Assembly (NCBI GenBank): GCA_049976425.1
Contig: JBMFIG010000007.1
Location: 1-59,890 of the forward strand
Length of the DNA stretch: 59,890 nucleotides
Direction of reading: 5' to 3'
Source of the DNA: Thermoproteus sp.
GTDB lineage: Archaea; Thermoproteota; Thermoprotei; Thermoproteales; Thermoproteaceae
Shown: positions 35,529 to 45,081 of the stretch, one piece after another
Layout of the letters: every line of letters begins with the position of its first letter
How positions within the stretch are numbered: position 1 is the first letter of the stretch
Position numbers and translations under genes: made by a program
Notes under the pieces: model-generated
Told to the model about the DNA's origin: nothing
What the model saw: the letters and a program-made list of their open reading frames with translations, nothing else
Databases searched by the model: none

Positions 35529-36063
35529 GGACCATCGCCAGGAGGAGCCCGGCAAACGCAATACCTAAAGCGGACGCGACCGCGCCCAGGACGGCTGTGA
35601 GCAAGCCCAGAGACGGGTTCAACGTAGCGCCGACCGCGCCTCTTATCAGCCGGCAGTCGAGCCGCAGGGAGTTGAACTGGAGTACCCCCACCTGTCCCTC
35701 GAGTTGCCGCGACAGGGGCTGTTGATCGCAGTATAGGCTATAGCCGGGCGAGGCCACGTAGACAACCGTCATGGGCTGGTTCTGTTCGCAAGACACCGAG
35801 AAGCCGTCGGGCGTCGAGGCGAACTGACATGCAGAGAACGGGTAGCTCAAGCCTACGACCGCTGAATAGCTCTTGGCAGACGGCGGGAAGGCAATCCATG
35901 TATATGGGAGCTGGGGCACGTTGTATCTGGTTCCGTTGACCACCAACGCGGATCCGTTGATCGAGACGGGGATAGTCGCGTTCGGCCCCACCAATATCTG
36001 GAACGTCGATGGGGAGGCCAAGACGAGCGCGGCCAGTAAAGGCAACAGGGCAGGAAGGCGCAT
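35494..36063 (-). CDS. Hypothetical secreted, C-terminally anchored protein
   Basis: Signal peptide from ATG 36063, four Cys, C-terminal TM helix, TATA box upstream. Confidence 0.75.
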   Translation of the reverse strand: MRLPALLPLLAALVLASPSTFQILVGPNATIPVSINGSALVVNGTRYNVPQLPYTWIAFPPSAKSYSAVVGLSYPFSACQFASTPDGFSVSCEQNQPMTVVYVASPGYSLYCDQQPLSRQLEGQVGVLQFNSLRLDCRLIRGAVGATLNPSLGLLTAVLGAVASALGIAFAGLLLAMVLKQRGGEASSR

Positions 36064-36153
36064 GGAGGCGGGGAGGAGCTCCTTAATATATATTACTCTA
36101 AGGGGATCGGTGTATTCTGAAAACGTTTTTATTTCGCAGGTAATCCCCGCGTC

Positions 36154-38952
36154 GTGGCCTTCGCCGCGTTGCACGAAGCGATTAAGGCGGCTCTAGCCGA
36201 GAGGGGGTTCAACGAGCCCACGGAGCCCCAGAGGCTGGCCATACCGCTGGTGCTGGAGGGCCGCAACGTCTTGATCATAGCGCCGACCGGGTCGGGGAAG
36301 ACCGAGGCCGCCATACTGCCCGTCTTCTCCAAATTCCTGGAGCTGGGCGCGACGGAGCCCGGCATATACATCCTCTACATAACCCCCCTCCGCGCCCTCA
36401 ACCGGGATCTGCTGGACAGGCTGAAGTGGTGGGGGGCCAAGCTGGGCATATCAGTCGACGTCAGACACGGCGATACCGACGAGGCGGATAGGCAGAGGCA
36501 GAGCCGCAACCCGCCGCACATGCTCATAACGACGCCCGAGATGCTCCAGGCAATACTCACCGGCAAGAGGTTGCTGGAGCACTTGAAGCAGCTGAGGTGG
36601 GTGGTCGTTGACGAGGTGCACGAGCTGGCCGAGGACAAGAGGGGCGTCCAGCTCAGCGTCACTCTCGAGCGGCTTAGGTACCACGTCGGCAGGGATCTGC
36701 AGATAATCGGGCTCTCGGCCACGGTCGGCTCGGTCGACGAGGTAGCCAAATTCCTGTTCGGAGTCGGGAGACCCTACGAGGTTGTCCAGGTGAACGTGGT
36801 GAGGCATATGAAGTTGGAGGTTGTTAGGCCTGTCCCCGACGATAGGGACCGCGCCGATGCCCAACGGCTGTCCACCCACGAGGACGTCGTGGCGCGTCTG
36901 AGGACTATAAAGGAGCTGGTCGAGAGGAATAGGACGACGCTCATCTTCGTCAACACGAGGAGCATGGCCGAGCTGTTGGGCTTCAGGCTCGCGCAGGCGT
37001 ATCCGGACCTGCCCGCCTCGGTCCACCACTCATCACTCTCCAAGATGGTCAGGCTCTCCGTCGAGAACGGCTTGAAGAGCGGCAGGTTGAAGGCCGTCGT
37101 CGCCACCTCGAGCCTGGAGCTGGGGATAGATATAGGCCACGTGGATTTGGTGATCCAGTACCTCTCGCCGCACCAAGTCGTGAGGCTGGTCCAGAGGGTG
37201 GGCAGAAGCGGGCATAGGCTGACCTTGGTGCCTCGAGGAGTGATAATAGGCGATGACGTGAACGACGTTTTGGAGGCCTTCGAGATCGTCAGGAGGGCCA
37301 AATCGGGCCTTCTCGAGGCCACTAAGGTGCCCCACAAGCCCTACGACGTCTTGGCGAATCAGATCGCCGCCTTCCTTATGTTGAGGCCCCGTTGGAAGCT
37401 CCAAGAGCTCTACGAGGTCATCAAGAGGGCGTACCCCTATAGGGATCTCACCCTGGAGGAGCTCCGTAGAGTCGTCAGGTTCATGGACCAGCTGAAGCCG
37501 AGGCTGGCCCTCTACTTCGAGGAGGACGACGTGGTCGTGCGGCCGCGCAATAGAGGGTTCTACAGATATTTCTTCGAGACGCTCTCCATGATACCTGACG
37601 AGAGGCAATACGCCGTTGTCGACGCCAAGACGGGCGAGCTCATAGGGACGCTCGACGAGGCTTTCGTGGCCGAGTACGGCACGCCGGGGGTCAAGTTCGT
37701 GTTTAGGGGCAGGCCTTGGCTGATAACTGAGGTAGACGGCAGAGCGATAAAGGTGGTGGAGGTGGACGACCCGTCGGGGGCCATACCGAGCTGGGTGGGC
37801 GAGGAGATACCGGTGCCGTTCGAGGTGGCTCAAGGGGTCGGGGCCTTGAAGAGGGAGCTCAGGGCCCTCGGCGATAGGGCCAAGGCGGCGGAGGCGCTCG
37901 TCCGCATGGGCATGTCCAAAGCAGCAGCCGAATACGTCGTCGAGGAGCTGTATAAACAGCCGCCCGAGTACCTGCCAGACGACAGGACAGTGGTGGTGGA
38001 GCAGTTCGCGGAGAACGTCGTGGTGGTCCACGCCCACCTCGGCACGCTGGCAAACAGGACGCTCTCGAAGCTCCTCGGCGAGTTGTTGATCAAGGAGCTG
38101 GACATGCCGGTGGGCTTCCACCAAGACCCCTACTCGGTCATAATACAGTCCTCGCGGAGCCTCCCGGCCGAGGCCGTCGTGGCGGCCTTGAGGAGACTCG
38201 CCGATCTCCAGCCGGTGGAGCTGGCCGAGCTCGTGAAGTCGGCCCTCATAAAGTCCGGCTCCTTCAAGAGGAGGTTCCTCTACGTGGCCAAGAGATTCGG
38301 CGCCGTGGACAAGGAAGCCGACATATACAGCGTGAGCATAGGAAAGCTCGTCGAGGCCTTCAGCGGAACTCCTGTGTTCGACGAGGCCTTGAGGGAGGCC
38401 CTAGAGCAAGACCTGGACCTCGAGTCGCTCTGGCGCGTCCTGCAACAGATCAAGGAGGGGAGGATATCCGTGAAGGTGGCGAGAGGCCCGACACATCTAG
38501 GCAAGGTGGCCTACGACAAGCTGGCCCATAGGCTTGAGGTAATACCGCCTGAGCGGCTGAGGAGGCTGGTCCTGGAGAGCGCTAAGGCGAGGCTCCTCAA
38601 CACGACGATGTTGTTCGTGTGCGCCGACTGCGGCTGGACTGGACTGATGAGGGTGGGCGAGGTCTACGAGGTGAAGTGCCCCAAGTGCGGCGGCAAGCTG
38701 GGCGTCGTGAGGTACTTCTCCACCGACAACCTGGAGAGAGAGGTGAGGCGGAGGTCTGAGGAGGTCGTCAAGAGCAGGGAGATACTGGAGAGGTACGGCT
38801 GGAGGGGGCTGTACGCCTTGGCCAGCAGGATACCCATAGAGGAGCTGGAGGCCGTCTTGGCCAAGGCCGACGGCGCCGATCTCAACAAGCTGACCGAGCT
38901 GTTGGTCGAAAGCGAGAAGGAGCACCTCAAGGCGAGGTTGCTGGAGGCCTAA
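36154..38952 (+). CDS. lhr: Lhr-family SF2 helicase
   Basis: APTGSGKT, DEVH, SAT, SSLELGIDIG and QRVGRSGH motifs, C-terminal CxxC..CxxC. Confidence 0.92.
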   Translation: MAFAALHEAIKAALAERGFNEPTEPQRLAIPLVLEGRNVLIIAPTGSGKTEAAILPVFSKFLELGATEPGIYILYITPLRALNRDLLDRLKWWGAKLGISVDVRHGDTDEADRQRQSRNPPHMLITTPEMLQAILTGKRLLEHLKQLRWVVVDEVHELAEDKRGVQLSVTLERLRYHVGRDLQIIGLSATVGSVDEVAKFLFGVGRPYEVVQVNVVRHMKLEVVRPVPDDRDRADAQRLSTHEDVVARLRTIKELVERNRTTLIFVNTRSMAELLGFRLAQAYPDLPASVHHSSLSKMVRLSVENGLKSGRLKAVVATSSLELGIDIGHVDLVIQYLSPHQVVRLVQRVGRSGHRLTLVPRGVIIGDDVNDVLEAFEIVRRAKSGLLEATKVPHKPYDVLANQIAAFLMLRPRWKLQELYEVIKRAYPYRDLTLEELRRVVRFMDQLKPRLALYFEEDDVVVRPRNRGFYRYFFETLSMIPDERQYAVVDAKTGELIGTLDEAFVAEYGTPGVKFVFRGRPWLITEVDGRAIKVVEVDDPSGAIPSWVGEEIPVPFEVAQGVGALKRELRALGDRAKAAEALVRMGMSKAAAEYVVEELYKQPPEYLPDDRTVVVEQFAENVVVVHAHLGTLANRTLSKLLGELLIKELDMPVGFHQDPYSVIIQSSRSLPAEAVVAALRRLADLQPVELAELVKSALIKSGSFKRRFLYVAKRFGAVDKEADIYSVSIGKLVEAFSGTPVFDEALREALEQDLDLESLWRVLQQIKEGRISVKVARGPTHLGKVAYDKLAHRLEVIPPERLRRLVLESAKARLLNTTMLFVCADCGWTGLMRVGEVYEVKCPKCGGKLGVVRYFSTDNLEREVRRRSEEVVKSREILERYGWRGLYALASRIPIEELEAVLAKADGADLNKLTELLVESEKEHLKARLLEA

Positions 38953-39019
38953 TAGAGGCGGGAGGCCAGCCGGCGCGGGGCAGGCCGGGGTTAATTTAAT
39001 AACGTCCCTCAGCCAGTCC

Positions 39020-40054
39020 GTGGAGCTTGCGCTGGTGGGACAACTGAGGCCGAGGCTTTTGATCCCCCCGCCGCTGGCTGTCGTGGGGGGGTTCAGAATA
39101 GCCGAGCTCGTGGCGCTGGCCCTATGCGGCAAGGCCGACCGCGTCACAATATACGTCGAGGGGCGTGATCTAGGCCTCCCGCTCGCCCTCGGCAGATATT
39201 GCAGACTGGAGCTTAGGTATGGCGAGATACCTCCAGACGTGCCGAGGATAGACGTGTCCGTCGCCCCCTATCTGTTGCGGGCGGGTTCCGTGGACTGCGA
39301 GGGCGTACGCGCAGATTTGGGGCTCGGCGGCGGAGTCTTGAGGGGATGCAAGCCGCTTGAGACCTACGCCGACCTCGTCGCGAACAACGTGGATATCATG
39401 AAATCCGCCATCGCGCGGCTGAAGGAGCTGGGCGTAGATCTCTTGAGGGGCGAGGCCGGCGGTATCGTGAAGGGGGAGGCCGTTGTATGGGGGAAAACCC
39501 ACGAGTACACCTACGTGGTGGGGCCGGCGGTGATAGGGCCCGAGTCCGAGGTCCTCCCGTTCTCGTATATACGGCAGGGGACTGCCCTATATTACGGCGT
39601 GAGGGCTAGAGACGAGGTCAAGAACTCCATCGTCGACGCCTACACGTACAAGGAGCACCACGGATATCTCGGGGACAGCTACGTCTCGGCCTTCGTCAAC
39701 TTCGGCGCGGGCACGACGGTCTCTAATCTTAAGAACACCCTAGGGCCCATAAGACCCAGCTACAGCAATAGGCATTACGCTAAGCTGGGCCCAGTCATAG
39801 GGGAGTTCGTCAAGACCGCCATCGGCACGTTGATATACGGCGGGAAGTACATAGGCCCTCTATCTCACATCTACGGCCTCGTCGACTCAGACGTGCCCCC
39901 GCTCGTCATATACAGAGACGGCGAAATTCGGGCCATGGACAGGGCCAAGATCCCCCAGCTCCTGGAGAGGGACTTGTCGAGATTCGGCCTCGGCCAAAAA
40001 GCGGCGGAGTACCTAAAGGCTCTGGAGGAGCTGGCGGCCGCAACGGATAAGTAG
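39020..40054 (+). CDS. GlmU-related sugar-phosphate nucleotidyl/acetyltransferase-like protein (left-handed beta-helix)
   Basis: EVKNS, HHGYLGDS, VNFGAGT..SN and KLG.VIG..VKTAIGT motifs. Confidence 0.75.
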   Translation: MELALVGQLRPRLLIPPPLAVVGGFRIAELVALALCGKADRVTIYVEGRDLGLPLALGRYCRLELRYGEIPPDVPRIDVSVAPYLLRAGSVDCEGVRADLGLGGGVLRGCKPLETYADLVANNVDIMKSAIARLKELGVDLLRGEAGGIVKGEAVVWGKTHEYTYVVGPAVIGPESEVLPFSYIRQGTALYYGVRARDEVKNSIVDAYTYKEHHGYLGDSYVSAFVNFGAGTTVSNLKNTLGPIRPSYSNRHYAKLGPVIGEFVKTAIGTLIYGGKYIGPLSHIYGLVDSDVPPLVIYRDGEIRAMDRAKIPQLLERDLSRFGLGQKAAEYLKALEELAAATDK

Positions 40055-40072
40055 GAGGTCCCCAGCCTCGGC

Positions 40073-40534
40073 ATGGGACGTACGGGCTGGTTCGTCCTCC
40101 TCATCGCCTTCTCAGTAGGCGGGCTGATCTCGTCAGCCCTAGTCCTCTACATGTGGTATGTCCTCGGCAGAATGCCCCCGGGCTGTTATCTGCCCCAGGC
40201 CATACTGCCGGGCGTCACCGTAGACTGCGTCACTGTCCTGTCGAGCCCCTACGCCCACATAGGCCCGGTGCCCCTAGACGGCTTGGCCGCCGTCTGGTTC
40301 GTCCTCAACATAGGCCTAGTCGTCGCGTACTTCCGCACGTTCAAAAACGGCGTGCTCACGTCGCTCTTCTACTGGAGGCTTGTAGGTATCGCGGTACTGC
40401 CATACCTCCTGTACGTAGAGCTAGTGGTCCTCAAAGCTCTCTGTCTGTACTGCACTATAATGCATATATTTATAATAATAGATTTTATTTTAATTTCAAT
40501 ATTTTTAAAAAGGGTAAATATTCTGAAGAAATAG
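40073..40534 (+). CDS. Vitamin K epoxide reductase (VKOR) family disulfide-forming membrane protein
   Basis: C...DC..VLSSPYA loop, CLYC motif, four TM helices. Confidence 0.9.
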   Translation: MGRTGWFVLLIAFSVGGLISSALVLYMWYVLGRMPPGCYLPQAILPGVTVDCVTVLSSPYAHIGPVPLDGLAAVWFVLNIGLVVAYFRTFKNGVLTSLFYWRLVGIAVLPYLLYVELVVLKALCLYCTIMHIFIIIDFILISIFLKRVNILKK

Positions 40535-40535
40535 A

Positions 40536-40652
40536 CTACTTCTTCTCTTTTTTCTTTTCCTTCTTGCCCTCCTCAGCGGACGCCTCTATGCCCAACTTCT
40601 TGGCCTCCTCCTCAGACGTTATGAACAAGCTCGTTCTCTGCCTACCGCCCAT
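40536..40652 (-). CDS. 38-aa microprotein with a Lys/Glu tail (MGGRQRTSLFITSEEEAKKLGIEASAEEGKKEKKKEKK)
   Basis: Manual translation. GAAAAGGTTATTA (BRE-TATA) ends 21 nt upstream of the ATG; host-like codons. Confidence 0.65.
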   Translation of the reverse strand: MGGRQRTSLFITSEEEAKKLGIEASAEEGKKEKKKEKK

Positions 40653-40724
40653 GTCCTCAAGCAAACCCGCCACTAATAACCTTTTCTGACCGTTAGGCGT
40701 ATAAGTACCGCCGTTCGTTAAGGC

Positions 40725-40892
40725 ATGCCGCAGAAGCTGAAGTTCTACGACATTAAGGCGAAGCAGGCGTTCGAGACCGATAAGTACGAGACTGTGGAGA
40801 AGAACACCGCTAGAGGTCCCATGATATTCGCAGTAGCCACCTCGCCCTACACCGGCATAAAAGTCTGGCGCCTCATCGGCAAGAAGAAATAA
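40725..40892 (+). CDS. cc1: Crenarchaeal chromatin protein CC1 (55 aa)
   Basis: MPQKLKFYDIKAKQAFETDKYETVEKNTARGPMIFAVATSPYTGIKVWRLIGKKK matches the Thermoproteales CC1 sequence as recalled. Below the ORF-track size cutoff. Confidence 0.88.
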   Translation: MPQKLKFYDIKAKQAFETDKYETVEKNTARGPMIFAVATSPYTGIKVWRLIGKKK

Positions 40893-40918
40893 ACAAACAA
40901 AACCCCCTAATTTTTCCC

Positions 40919-41737
40919 CTACTTTTCTATCTTCGTCGGCTTGCCCACGCTACACACTCCTGCGTAGTTGAGGAGGGCCAAGACGGCGAAGATGGCCTCC
41001 TCTGTCCTGACAGTCTCGGTTCCCTGTCTCGGTATGAAGTTGAGGAATAGGCCCTTCAGCTCTACCCCCTCTATTTTCGCTATTTCGTCGACGCCGGCTC
41101 TCGGCCCGCCGAACACCACTAAAGTGCGGCCTACGGGCCTCGGCAAGCCCTCGCACACAGATCGGCCCTCCCTGCCCGTGTAGATCACGGTGTCGTAGCC
41201 GTCAGCCAGTTGCTTAAAGGGCTTGACCTCGACCTTGTATCCCCAGTAGTCGGGCGGCTTCCTGACCACGACAGCCCTATATATGTCGGGCCGGTCGGTC
41301 TCGGCCTCGATCTTCACCAGTAGGCGGGAGCCTATGGGGTAGGGCTTGGGGATCTTGGCGTATCTCCTGCTACCTATATACACTAAGGAGTAGTACCCGT
41401 CCCACCTCTCGACGACGCCCTCTATCACGTCCCCCACGGAGGGCTCCTTCGGAGGCGTGTGGCTTGGTATCTTCAGCGGCGGCAGTAGGCCGGCGAGCCT
41501 AAGCCTCCTATCCAACTTGAAGAGCTTTTTGCGCAGGTGGGGAGGCGTCGACGCGTATTCGAGCAACAGCCTCATCCGCTCCACCTCTTCCCAATCAACG
41601 TCGTTGCCGTATGTATATATTATCAAGTTCTCCGCCCGGAAGACGGCGGCCCCTCTTGCTATGTAGCCCAATTTCCTCACCTTGCTCTCCTCGTCGGGGG
41701 CCTCCGACAAAACGTCGTGAGGTATGGCGATGTCCAC
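40919..41737 (-). CDS. SPOUT-family RNA methyltransferase (DUF171/C9orf114-like)
   Basis: GLLPPL..PSH, YWGY, VVFGGP and QGTETVRTEEA motifs. Confidence 0.88.
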   Translation of the reverse strand: MDIAIPHDVLSEAPDEESKVRKLGYIARGAAVFRAENLIIYTYGNDVDWEEVERMRLLLEYASTPPHLRKKLFKLDRRLRLAGLLPPLKIPSHTPPKEPSVGDVIEGVVERWDGYYSLVYIGSRRYAKIPKPYPIGSRLLVKIEAETDRPDIYRAVVVRKPPDYWGYKVEVKPFKQLADGYDTVIYTGREGRSVCEGLPRPVGRTLVVFGGPRAGVDEIAKIEGVELKGLFLNFIPRQGTETVRTEEAIFAVLALLNYAGVCSVGKPTKIEK

Positions 41738-41765
41738 ATAGGGACGCGGCCGATATAAAAAGAAG

Positions 41766-41921
41766 CTAAGCTCCCTGCTCCTCCAGCTCGTCTATTATGC
41801 TCCTCAACTCGTCAAGCGCCTCCTCGACTAGCTTGCAGTCGCCGTCCTCCACGGCGGCCTCCAGCTCGTCCACGACATCCCTCAGCCTCTTAGCGAGCTG
41901 GCCCGCGGGCGCCGTCGACAT
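41766..41921 (-). CDS. 51-aa acidic helical microprotein directly after secY
   Basis: MSTAPAGQLAKRLRDVVDELEAAVEDGDCKLVEEALDELRSIIDELEEQGA; the ATG is 2 nt after the secY stop. Confidence 0.7.
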   Translation of the reverse strand: MSTAPAGQLAKRLRDVVDELEAAVEDGDCKLVEEALDELRSIIDELEEQGA

Positions 41922-41923
41922 CG

Positions 41924-43339
41924 CTACTGGCTCAAGACCCGCTTAAGGCCTGGGTAGACCTCCATCAAGCCCTCCTGCAATATCTGCGTGTAGTAGCCCA
42001 GCCCTATCTCGACGAGGAGTATAAGGCCTATCCCGGATCCCCACACGCCGAAGATATCGCCGATAGCTGCCAACGTGCCGGCGATCATTCCGCTGAGCAG
42101 TATAAGCGTGTTTATGGGCCTTCTGAGAACCCTTGCCATAATCCTCTCGCTCTGCCTGAAGCCGGGCACGTGGAGGCCCGACTGGACCAAGCTCTTGGCG
42201 TACTCGTCGGGGCCTATGCCTCCTATTTGTCCCCACAGCCAGGCGAAGACGGTAGCCAGCGCGGCGTAGAGCAGTATGTGGAGCACTATGTAGTCGGGGG
42301 TCAATATCCTGGCGGGGGTCATGGCGGTGAGCAACACGGCGAGAGCGGGGGATATGCCGCCTGTCAGCGCGGCTACCCCGGCGACTATCTGCTCCGCCAA
42401 GATGAGGGAGTAGGCCGTGAAGATTATGGGTATCACCGACACGTACATGAACCTCAGAGGTATGTTTATCCTAAAGCCCCAGTACTGCGTATAGGCGGCC
42501 GGTATGTTGACGTGCATCTGCTCTATGTAGACTATTATGTAGGCCAGGGCCAGAGTAGCGGCGAGGCTCACCACGTCGGGCAGGGCGATCGAGGGAGGCA
42601 CTTGTCTGAACAACAGATCGAGTATCCCCGGGGAGATCCCGTGGATCGTGTTGTACACAGCGACGGCCAGAGCCGGCACGAAGCCGAGCGGGAGCTGCAT
42701 GGCGGGGTAGTCGGCTGGGTTGACGTTGGGGAAGGTCGGCATGCTCCAGGAGAAGAAATCCACGAAGAAGGTCCTGGTTATCGAGAGCAGTATTATCAAG
42801 TTTATGGCGCTCCCGCCGAAGCCCCACCCCTTGGCTATCATGTCGTCAAGCAGAATCACTATCTGGGTCGCGATCAACAGCTGGATGAACACCGCGAGGG
42901 CCTCTATAGGCGTCAGCTGGCCGAAGGTGCCTGTGGCTATTGTGGCCGCGGTCTCGCCGGCGGCCATGACCAGCGCCAGGAGTTTCTGGAAGGCCGAGAA
43001 CCTAAGCCTGTCCTTCTTGTCGTTTAGGTCGAATGGCAACAAGTCGGAGAACTGGAGTATCTCCATGATTATGCCGGCCACCACTATGGGGCCTATGCCC
43101 AGCTGGGCCCACGTGCCGAAGGTGGTGCCGAATATAGTCGACACCAACGGGTTGTAGAATATGGACGCGGCGGCGCCGGCAGGCGCCGTCCTGTGTATCC
43201 CCCAGAGCGGCGTAATGGTCATTATGATGTAGACGAGGGCGGCTAGGGCGGTCCACATTAGGCGGGTTGATAGAGGCAACGCCTTCTTGGGCCTCTGGAC
43301 CGTTATAAGCCGCTCCAAAATGGGGTCTAGAGACTCCAT
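41924..43339 (-). CDS. secY: Preprotein translocase SecY
   Basis: LGIGPIV.A.II, KGWG.G.S.I.L, Y.SVIPIIF, PGFR and GSG.GLIL motifs. Confidence 0.95.
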   Translation of the reverse strand: MESLDPILERLITVQRPKKALPLSTRLMWTALAALVYIIMTITPLWGIHRTAPAGAAASIFYNPLVSTIFGTTFGTWAQLGIGPIVVAGIIMEILQFSDLLPFDLNDKKDRLRFSAFQKLLALVMAAGETAATIATGTFGQLTPIEALAVFIQLLIATQIVILLDDMIAKGWGFGGSAINLIILLSITRTFFVDFFSWSMPTFPNVNPADYPAMQLPLGFVPALAVAVYNTIHGISPGILDLLFRQVPPSIALPDVVSLAATLALAYIIVYIEQMHVNIPAAYTQYWGFRINIPLRFMYVSVIPIIFTAYSLILAEQIVAGVAALTGGISPALAVLLTAMTPARILTPDYIVLHILLYAALATVFAWLWGQIGGIGPDEYAKSLVQSGLHVPGFRQSERIMARVLRRPINTLILLSGMIAGTLAAIGDIFGVWGSGIGLILLVEIGLGYYTQILQEGLMEVYPGLKRVLSQ

Positions 43340-43812
43340 TATCTGTGTATGACGCCGTGGACTATGCGGACCTCGCCGCCCGCCTTAGCGATCTTCTCGA
43401 CAGCCGCGCGGGTCGCCACCGGCGTGTAGACCACCAGAGGCCGCGAAACCTCTCCGCCGCCCAGCAACTTGTTGTAGCCAAGCTTGAGCAGATCCACGAC
43501 GTATCTCCCGCCCTCCTTAACTGCGGCGCCGCGGCTCTCCATCTCCTCGACCAGCTCATCCAGCCTGCCCACGTTGATGGGCCTCCACTCTACCGATATC
43601 TGTTTAGGTTGTTTGAAGCCGTGCTTGCCGTAGAAGGGCCAGCCCGATGTCTCCTCTGCGTGCACCATCACGAAGGACCACTTGTGTTTGTGGAATCCCA
43701 CCATGCCCTTGCCGCCAGACGAGCCGCTTTTCCTGTGTTGGCCCACCCTACCCCAGCCGTGAGTCCTCGTGCCTCTCCTGTACTTAATCGCCGGCTTAAA
43801 ACGGCGGACCAT
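43339..43812 (-). CDS. rpl15: 50S ribosomal protein uL15
   Basis: [26 protein letters not shown] and KLLGGG motifs. Confidence 0.95.
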   Translation of the reverse strand: MVRRFKPAIKYRRGTRTHGWGRVGQHRKSGSSGGKGMVGFHKHKWSFVMVHAEETSGWPFYGKHGFKQPKQISVEWRPINVGRLDELVEEMESRGAAVKEGGRYVVDLLKLGYNKLLGGGEVSRPLVVYTPVATRAAVEKIAKAGGEVRIVHGVIHR

Positions 43813-43850
43813 CGCTGAACTTTATTAGCCCCTATATAAGCTTTGACTCT

Positions 43851-44495
43851 ATGGAGGAGCTCTTGAGGGCGCTGGTCCAGTGCAGGAGATGTCCCAGGCT
43901 CGTGGCGTATAGGGAAAGCGTGCCTCCGTTGCCTAAATTCGCCGGACAAGCCTACTGGAGGCGCCCGGTCCCTCCCTGGGGCGATCCCAAGGCGAAGATA
44001 ATGGTGGTCGGCCTGGCGCCGGCCGCGCACGGGGGGAATAGGACCGGCAGGATGTTCACCGGCGACTCCTCAGCCCAGTTCCTCTTTAGGGCACTACACG
44101 CAGTGGGCCTCTCCAACCACCCCTACAGCGTCTCGAGAGACGACGGGACCGAGGTGAGGTGCGTCTACATAACCTCGGCGGTCAAATGCGCGCCGCCGGG
44201 CAATAGGCCGAACGCCGAGGAGCTCGAGAACTGCTCGCCTTGGCTGAAGGCCGAGCTGTCGCTCGTGAGGCCGAGGGCCGTCGTGGCGCTCGGAAGAGTG
44301 GCGTGGGTAGCCGTGTTTAGGGCCTTAGGCTCGAGGCCGCCCGAGTTCTCCCACGGCGCTTTCGCGGACGTGGGGCCCGTAAGGGTGTACGCGTCGTACC
44401 ACCCTTCGCCGCGCAACACCAACACGGGCCGGCTCGACCTCGAGGCGCTGGAGGCCGTTCTCAAGGCGGCCAAGGCCTACGCCGGATGTCAGTAA
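43851..44495 (+). CDS. udgB: Uracil-DNA glycosylase family 5 (Fe-S)
   Basis: CRRCPRL, GLAPAAHGGNRTGRMFTGD and YHPSPRNTNTG motifs. Confidence 0.92.
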   Translation: MEELLRALVQCRRCPRLVAYRESVPPLPKFAGQAYWRRPVPPWGDPKAKIMVVGLAPAAHGGNRTGRMFTGDSSAQFLFRALHAVGLSNHPYSVSRDDGTEVRCVYITSAVKCAPPGNRPNAEELENCSPWLKAELSLVRPRAVVALGRVAWVAVFRALGSRPPEFSHGAFADVGPVRVYASYHPSPRNTNTGRLDLEALEAVLKAAKAYAGCQ

Positions 44496-44860
44496 GGCCT
44501 CCAGATCTGCCTCTGCCTTTCCCTAGCCTTGAGGAATACGTAGAGGTAGTTGCTGATAACTTCGGCGCATTTTATACACCGCTCGCCGTTCTCGCCGAAG
44601 GCCTGGCTCTCTAAGCAAGCGGCGCATTTGCTCACGTCCTCGGGAGGCTCTGCGCCGGCCACCTCCTTGACGAGCGCCGGCCACCTCTTTATGTCTTGGA
44701 AGTGCCCGTAGGGGTCGTAGCCCAATATCCCCTTAGCGAGCGCTTCCACCGACACGTACGCGTTGTAGCAAGCAGATCTGTGGTCGCCCTCCTCAAGGGC
44801 GGATATCGCGTCGTTGAGATGCCTCACGTGGCGCTCATACCACTTGGGATGTATCATCAT
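44489..44860 (-). CDS. HEPN-like domain protein, Cys-rich
   Basis: W.ER..R.L.DA...ACY.A...VE.LAKG N-terminal HEPN pattern. Confidence 0.7.
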   Translation of the reverse strand: MMIHPKWYERHVRHLNDAISALEEGDHRSACYNAYVSVEALAKGILGYDPYGHFQDIKRWPALVKEVAGAEPPEDVSKCAACLESQAFGENGERCIKCAEVISNYLYVFLKARERQRQIWRPY

Positions 44861-44883
44861 GTCGTGCTAATCGCTTTCCATAC

Positions 44884-45057
44884 TTAAACTTTTTCATAGA
44901 ATTGAGACGCGAACTTTATGTCGTGCACCGACGCGAGGTGCCTGGCGGCGTCCTTTATCGAGAAGAACCGCTTGCCGCATTTCCTACACACTATGTGTTT
45001 CGCCCCTCCCTCCTCCACTATCTGGAGATAGGCTGAGAGCTCCTTGGGCACGTCCAT
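44884..45057 (-). CDS. 57-aa C2H2 zinc-finger microprotein
   Basis: Manual translation ...VCRKCGKRFFSIKDAARHLASVH... fits C-x2-C-x3-F-x8-H-x4-H. Confidence 0.75.
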   Translation of the reverse strand: MDVPKELSAYLQIVEEGGAKHIVCRKCGKRFFSIKDAARHLASVHDIKFASQFYEKV

Positions 45058-45081
45058 ATTATCCCCGGTGCATCTGTATTT

